This document shows, piece after piece, positions 56,533 through 64,000 of a stretch of 64,000 nt of DNA (its first letter is position 1; every line of letters begins with the position of its first letter). The stretch covers positions 6,324,001 to 6,388,000 of the forward strand of contig OZ176050.1 in NCBI GenBank assembly GCA_964247055.1, in the 5' to 3' direction. Both the position numbers and the translations under genes were made by a program. The stretch comes from Paragordius varius. Taxonomy: Eukaryota; Animalia; Nematomorpha. The notes beneath the pieces were generated by a model. The model searched no databases and had not been told where the DNA came from. It saw only the letters and a program-made list of their open reading frames with translations.

Positions 56533-59500
56533 TATAATCCTACAAATAAAAATGGAATAATATAATACATATATTGAAAATTATTTTAAAAGCAAGGCTT
56601 CTAACCCGAACCTCCTGATATTATAAACAGTATCGAAATCCACCTACTTCTGTCTAAAAAACACCAGTTTCCCCTTTTTTATTTTTCAAAAAACAATCAG
56701 ATTCTGTTCCTAACCGTCCTGTGATTATCATAGTCCAACGCCTGGTTAAAATTTTTTTAGTATCTTATAATTTAAACTGATAGCGGGCCATAAATTCCTA
56801 GGCCAGCGGCATGCGGTTTGTATTTTAGGTTTTATAGAGACCAATGTCATTAAATTTATTATCGATTGATAATTACTAAATGTTTTAACTATTCGTCTTT
56901 CGATTGTACTGTTTCTCTTAGATTTGCAGTTATCGTATAACCAATCATCGTTTTTGCCAAGAAATCATCACACCGATTTAACATTGAATGTAGCTGAATT
57001 AAGATGGGTTTTTATTTTTGTTTTCCCATTGTATCTTCTTTTTTTAATGTCGCCTCAATAAGGTGGTCATTTGTTTAGTAGTGGGCCATTTTGAAGGGCC
57101 TCTCAGGTAATGAGCTTATTGTGGAGTATTGGATATCGTTTGGTGGTCTACGGTTTTTTGACTCTAAACAAGGGGTCAGGCACTGATTTTTTGGAGATCG
57201 AATATTAGCAAAATTACAAAGTTTGGGATTATGGCAACAATTAATTTTTATGTTTGCCTATTTTGATTACCTGTAGATTTTAAAAAGAAAACTGAATCGG
57301 AACCATATGATTAAAAACATTATAGCTGAAGTGCGAGACAAGATATAATATAAATGATGCAACGTTGGTTTAGGTTTTTTCGCCATAACATTAATATACA
57401 GCCGTCATCATGTTTTTCCAGCTAATTTGATAGCTAAATTATAAAATCGCTATAATTATATAATCTTTACGACTCTCTTGCGATCAAAACTCTATAAATT
57501 CTGTAGGTATCTTGGTATTTAAATAACATTTATAAGTATTTTACTTTTCTATTTTTTAAATTCTAAACAATACCCAAATATTATTCAGGAATGAATATTT
57601 TGACAGTTGCAGTTAACAATACATTGACAGAATTCACGATCCCTCAAGCTCAGTATACTCACAAATCTGGACAAAATCATGTATAATCTAATATAATTTT
57701 TAGAAAAAACCGCAAATTATATATGAAAATCTATTTTATTTTAACCCATTAAATATTATATATTGATTGCTACACTGATAATATTTATTTTAAGCCATAA
57801 AATACTTTATTAAACCTTTTTTAATATTTAACATTTTACAATGTTAAATATTTAATTTATTGTTTATTTTTGCAACATGGCCTCATTTTGTGTAATTACA
57901 CCAAAAATTATTCAAATCTAATTTTAGAAAAAATAGGTAACTGTCCATAAAATTTGTTATTTTTGGTAGTTTTTTGACAAATATTTTTTATATAATTATA
58001 GAAAAAGGCTAGAGTTGCCTATACACCCAGTGGGTTCACGGAAGATGTCTTGTTATTCGATTTTTTTAATTATGCCGGAATTCACCGTGATGTCACTTTA
58101 CAAAGGATACCCAAGACACATATTAAGGATGTAAATATCAGTTCCAACATGATTTCTTTTTATCCATCCAGTGCATCAATATCGATTTCCATTGATGTTG
58201 AAAACGATAATGGTAAAACATATTTTAGGCATTTATGTTATTAAAGACAATTTATTTAATGAAAATTTTGGAAATAGACCCGATGAACATTGTATGTCAA
58301 GTATACCTGTACGAAGACCCTGAGAAATCTATATACCCCCAAAAAATTATATCGAAATCAATATTAGATCCTATCTACCATGGACAGATTATAAATTTTA
58401 AAGGTGTTATAACTCTTGCTGATAATGTTAAACTTTGGTGGCCGTATACTATGGAACCTAAGGATGAAAAACCAGGATTTCAATATATGGCAAAGATTAT
58501 TCTAAAACAACACTAAATTTAAATTGGGACCGTTTCCTTCAGTAGTTTTTTAAAAATATTAATTTTAATTTAGTCTGGGGTATTTAGATACTCCAATTTG
58601 AATCGAAGTGTTAAGAGTGTCCTTAAAATCTTCAAGTTGGTCTTTGAACATTTAAAAGTGGTCCATTAACTTTTTAAGTTTGGATTTAACCATAAATTTT
58701 GCATTTATTAATTTTTTATCATTTTCTGACTTAATTTTCTTGATTTATTATATGTTTATTCATTTAAAATTAATATTTTTTATTTAAACCAATTTTTTAT
58801 ATCAAACTATTTTTATTCAATTTAACTATGATTTAATTTTAGATTTTAACTAAAAATTGTAATTAATAACCGCGAAAACCTGTATTTTTATCAATTAGCT
58901 GTTGAAATCTTATTAAAATTAATATTTTTATTAAAAAAATATACGGTTTCTGAATGATCAAAGGTTGATTTTGATTCAAAAGTTGGGTAAAATCATGAGA
59001 ATAGGTTACAATAAAATATATTAATACACGGTTTGATTGATAAAAGTCAGAAACTTTAAAAAAAAATTAAAGGACTATAATGTTTTCAAGGACCAACTTG
59101 AAGTGTAGGACACTCTTGAAGTACAAATGGTATATTTAATATATATTTTCATCAGTCATAGTCACCATAAAAATTTTAAGGACCAAAAAATATTTTTCTT
59201 GTTTCAAGGGCCGTGCACCATATAATAGTGATAAATAATTTTAGCTGTATTACACAGTAAGTTATTTATAGCCCAAACATTACAATTAAAAATAAATTAA
59301 ATATTATAGGGCCATAAAAAATAACCTTTAGGGCTGCATGCGCTCAATAGACTGCGGTTAGAGCACCACTGCTATATATCATTGATGCCAATATAATTAA
59401 GTTTATTTGATAGGATGATTATCCCCATAAAAGATGGTAGAAAATGGTTGCAAGAGGTTTTCTTGTATACACTCAGTCAAAACAATTAGTGACTGGATTG

Positions 59501-60070
59501 AAAAGGGCGTAGGCTAGATTATTTTAATTATTTTTTTTTGTATTTTAAGTCAAAATAATTCACCCAACTAATCAATATTTTGCAAAAGTATTATAAATTA
59601 TTTGAAATAAATTAGGACTTAACTATTTATAATTAAAAATTATAATCTAAAAGGATTGGTTACTTACGCATTGTTCCAATAATAATAATTCAATAAAATT
59701 TATTAATTAAGATGTCCAACTTAAATTTAATAACAAATTGCTCAAAATATATTCTTACTATAATTAAGCCAAAATTTTTTATACGAATTATACCTTGGTA
59801 AAAGGCATCGATCATAAAATATATTCTTATATAAAATATTAAGAAATCATTTAAATATGGATCACATCTTTTTTGAATTTACCACCCAAAAGCATTAAAA
59901 TTAATTTAATTTTTGACTACATCCACAAGGAAAAACGTCTAATATATAGTTGAGTTTATAACTAGAAATTTTAATTATAAAAGATTTTGATGTAAAAATT
60001 GGTTAAATTTTAAAAACTGATTTTAACATATGTTACCATTTACAGTTTGATTTAAATTTTAAAATAGAGC

Positions 60071-63000
60071 ATGTGGCTATCCTTAAATGTACCTTGCCTT
60101 GCGCAAGTTATAATTTTTATCTTGATGCAAACAACATTGTCACTTAGGCCACAAGAAAATGAAAAACGAGACATTAAAACCATTAACGGCCTATGGAAAT
60201 TTTCTATATCCCCGAATATGTCCATTGATAAATGGATAAGTCATGAGACATATATTCCTGTTCCTGCTAGTTATAATGATTTATTTTATGATTCTACTAT
60301 ACGAGATCTTATTGGTGTAACTTGGTATCAAAAAGACTTTAAAATTACGTCATCATGGAAATCGTAAAATTTTGAATACATTATCTAGAAATTTAGAAAA
60401 TTTTAAATTTATTATTAATTTTGCCAGTGTCCATTATTTTTCACAAGTTTGGTTAAATAAACAATATTTAGGATCACATGAAGGTGGTCATTTGCCGTTT
60501 GAATTTGATGTTACATCTATTTTAAATACTAAAGGTAATTGTATTTATATTAATTAGTAACCTCATTTTTGTAACTATGGTCAATTAATATTATCCGCTT
60601 ACATATTATGATTTCGATTTTGATATCTTAAATAACTACTCACACTCAGTATATTGTTAATTTTAAATTAAAAGTCGTCTATATTAAATATGAAAAAGTT
60701 TTTTTATTATAGATAGCGTTAACAAATACTTATGATTAAGGTTAGTGACCGGTTTGACCTTTTATAAATAACCACTCCAATTATTTGAAAACATGATAAT
60801 TATAAAAACATGTATAAAATCAATGTAATAAAAATTTAAAATTTTGGCTTTAAGTGAAATTTCTTGTACGCGGTTCATATTTAATTAGAATCGAAACTCA
60901 TTCATGCCCAGAGCTTTTCAGAGCCTTTTTCGAATTGCTCGCAGAATTAAGCGCTGCTCATGTTATTACAAAAGCATATCGTGTGAGGTAGTTTTTTGAT
61001 AATGTGTGGGCCCATTTCGATTTAATAATAGTAATATGCATTTACGAATGCCAAGATTTAACCCTTTTTTGATTTAAGTCTTGGTTATCCTAAATCTATT
61101 ACCTGGTCCTCTAATACTACGATTTTTGTCTAAGGCAGCCATCACCAAAAAATGACGGTCCACATAAAAATATATTGTGCCGCCTCACATATCAATATAA
61201 AATTTAAACCTTAAGCTTGTTTCGACTATAAAGTTTGAATGAGTTTGCAGAAGCACAAAAAGTATCTTGACTTTCATCTAATCAAACCAGACATTTGATA
61301 AGAATTCAAAAAAGCCTATTAAAAAAACCGCCCAAAGATTTCTTTTACAATTATTATAAATTACAACTCTAAATTTGAATGATTTGTCGATCAGTTTCTT
61401 TTTTGATGCTAAACATCAGTAAATCTCATATAAACCCTTGTATCGTTTTGAAACAATTTTTAACGTATTATAGATTTGATCATGGCCGGTTTATTTTATT
61501 TATGCATAGAATTATTTTGGCTTTTTTAATTATGGAGAGAAAACTAAGTAATTAATATCGAATTATAATACTTTTTTGCCGTTTGATTTCGGATTACACT
61601 AGACAACAAATTTTTCTGCCACTCGAGTTTTTTGCATTTTCTGATATTTAGCATCATTCTAACAGTAAATCTGAAATAAAAATTAATACTCGATGAAAGA
61701 ATTTTGTATAATTTGATTTTTTTGATTATGCGCCCTCTTTATCAAAATTTTACTAAAAATTGTATTTCTTTAAAAATATACTAGTAATTCCCATTTGTAA
61801 TATATGATTCGAAAGAGTATTAAAAACTCTATAAAATGCATACTAATATGTATTACATCGACAATTAATATTGAACACAAAGAGCGACAAACGCGCGAAG
61901 CGAGAGCACTTTTTTTTAATTATTATAATTTTAAAACTAATGGATGAAAATAGCTCAAACTTTATTTAGAGGGAGATGAATGTCCAAAAAAGATAACACA
62001 AGAAAGTTTTTTTTGATTAAAACATTTTTTATTGCTTTTATGTCACTCAAAACAGCCATTTTTAAGTTTTTTGTTTTTTAAAAATTAGCATGTCATCAAT
62101 ATTAATAAATTTTCTTTACAAGGCTGATAATTTCGAAATTTAAAAGATAAAAACAAAGTTTAAGGTATTTTTGATATTTTATAGCCATTATGTAATAAAT
62201 TTACAGTTATAACTATGCATTTTAGTATCCACGAGGTAAAATATTTATGATAATAATAATTTTTATTTAAAAAGCAAAACAAAAGCTTTTTCAAACATTT
62301 TTTTAGATTAAATACTAATATAACCCTAATAATTATATTATGATAATTTATATGATTTTCAAATTAGTTTGTCTGTGAAAATTCTTGACTTATTTAAGGA
62401 TTGAAAATTTCGACCATTTAAATCCAAATAACTTTTACATCCGGTTGATTTAAATGACTTACTACCATTTAAAAGATTCAGTTTTTTGCGCTCTTTCGAA
62501 TGATATAAAATACATGGCTTCATATCTAAAACTTTAAATTTTCGAAATTTCGAGTCTAATGTTAAATCGGGGCCAAAAATTATCGATAAACTCTAATATA
62601 AAAAATTCTTCCATGCTAGACCAATTTTCTTTTCAGATATACTAATTATGTACTTTAATGAAATAAATTTTAAATTTACAAGAATGGCAGTTAAAAAAAG
62701 TTAAAATTTGTTGTCTAGTGTTATAAAGATGTAATGATTAATTTGTGGAATTTAGATTTTGATAAATATACACATTGCATAGAATTGCCTTGCGAGTCGC
62801 ATGCGGCTGCAGTGTGTCCCGCTAGTATAATCCTACAAATAAAAATGGAATAATATAATACATATATTGAAAATTATTTTAAAAGCAAGGCTTCTAACCC
62901 GAACCTCCTGATATTATAAACAGTATCGAAATCCACCTACTTCTGTCTAAAAAACACCAGTTTCCCCTTTTTTATTTTTCAAAAAACAATCAGATTCTGT

Positions 63001-63973
63001 TCCTAACCGTCCTGTGATTATCATAGTCCAACGCCTGGTTAAAATTTTTTTAGTATCTTATAATTTAAACTGATAGCGGGCCATAAATTCCTAGGCCAGC
63101 GGCATGCGGTTTGTATTTTAGGTTTTATAGAGACCAATGTCATTAAATTTATTATCGATTGATAATTACTAAATGTTTTAACTATTCGTCTTTCGATTGT
63201 ACTGTTTCTCTTAGATTTGCAGTTATCGTATAACCAATCATCGTTTTTGCCAAGAAATCATCACACCGATTTAACATTGAATGTAGCTGAATTAAGATGG
63301 GTTTTTATTTTTGTTTTCCCATTGTATCTTCTTTTTTTAATGTCGCCTCAATAAGGTGGTCATTTGTTTAGTAGTGGGCCATTTTGAAGGGCCTCTCAGG
63401 TAATGAGCTTATTGTGGAGTATTGGATATCGTTTGGTGGTCTACGGTTTTTTGACTCTAAACAAGGGGTCAGGCACTGATTTTTTGGAGATCGAATATTA
63501 GCAAAATTACAAAGTTTGGGATTATGGCAACAATTAATTTTTATGTTTGCCTATTTTGATTACCTGTAGATTTTAAAAAGAAAACTGAATCGGAACCATA
63601 TGATTAAAAACATTATAGCTGAAGTGCGAGACAAGATATAATATAAATGATGCAACGTTGGTTTAGGTTTTTTCGCCATAACATTAATATACAGCCGTCA
63701 TCATGTTTTTCCAGCTAATTTGATAGCTAAATTATAAAATCGCTATAATTATATAATTTTTACGACTCTCTTGCGATCAAAACTCTATAAATTCTGTAGG
63801 TATCTTGGTATTTAAATAACATTTATAAGTATTTTACTTTTCTATTTTTTAAATTCTAAACAATACCCAAATATTATTCAGGAATGAATATTTTGACAGT
63901 TGCAGTTAACAATACATTGACAGAATTCACGATCCCTCAAGCTCAGTATACTCACAAATCTGGACAAAATCAT
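60071..63973 (+). CDS. GUSB: Beta-glucuronidase (GH2), copy 2, 5' part (exons 60071-60363, 60389-60534, 63882-63973; continues beyond window)
   Basis: Same GH2 N-terminal motifs as copy 1 with intact frames. It is presumed to be the complete gene, but its 3' part lies outside the window. Confidence 0.85.
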
Positions 63974-64000
63974 GTATAATCTAATATAATTTTTAGAAAA

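Larger units (their letters stand above)
53854..58516 (+). pseudogene. GUSB: 3'-truncated beta-glucuronidase copy (exons 53854-54146, 54172-54317, 57589-57680, 58002-58212, 58278-58516; 326-aa open frame lacking the catalytic TIM barrel)
   Basis: Signal peptide; LRPQENEKRDIKTINGLWKF, IPVPASYND, WYQKDF, QVWLN..HEGGHLPFEFDV, VAVNNTLT, FDFFNYAGIHRDV, VKLWWPY. The frame ends at a TAA supplied by the duplication junction. Confidence 0.85.
52308..64000 (+). repeat. Tandem segmental duplication: unit 1 = 52308-58513 (6206 bp); unit 2 starts at 58514 and runs off the window
   Basis: Continuous collinear match with offset 6206 at the start, 6217 at GUSB exon 1, and a constant 6293 from ~54900 onward. 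Confidence 0.95.

Noticed and set aside
56940-57200. Possible LINE endonuclease remnant on the minus strand (SATFNVKS)
   Set aside because: Only one short motif is similar and there are no further recognisable EN or RT motifs.
53854-58516. Horizontally acquired bacterial uidA
   Set aside because: The gene has an animal-type signal peptide and N-terminus (LRPQENEKR..), spliceosomal introns, and host-like base composition.

Overview
This window is very AT-rich genomic DNA from an animal, read with the standard code. The Eph juxtamembrane motifs SDCDxLE and TPLF suggest an ecdysozoan or other protostome, but the species cannot be determined here. It carries five spliced genes: an AKAP17A-like splicing factor (- strand, runs off the left edge); NSUN5 (+), head-to-head with it and only 30 nt between the two ATGs; a ~2,080-aa Eph receptor (+, ~19.7-40.2 kb) whose kinase domain has lost its catalytic motifs; GLRX3/PICOT (+); and beta-glucuronidase (+) in a ~6.2-kb tandem duplication whose first copy is truncated. 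The intergenic and intronic DNA holds many DNA-transposon relics: TA-flanked foldback/MITE elements built of 21-bp repeats, piggyBac-type MITEs, hAT elements, a Mos1-like remnant and Helitron-like ends. The most unusual signal is a class of ultrashort (22-26 nt) GT-AG introns in three unrelated genes. Several are needed to restore reading frames, and they coexist with 65-110 nt and multi-kb introns. All gene models, alignments and family assignments were made by eye, from memory of orthologues; no searches were run.
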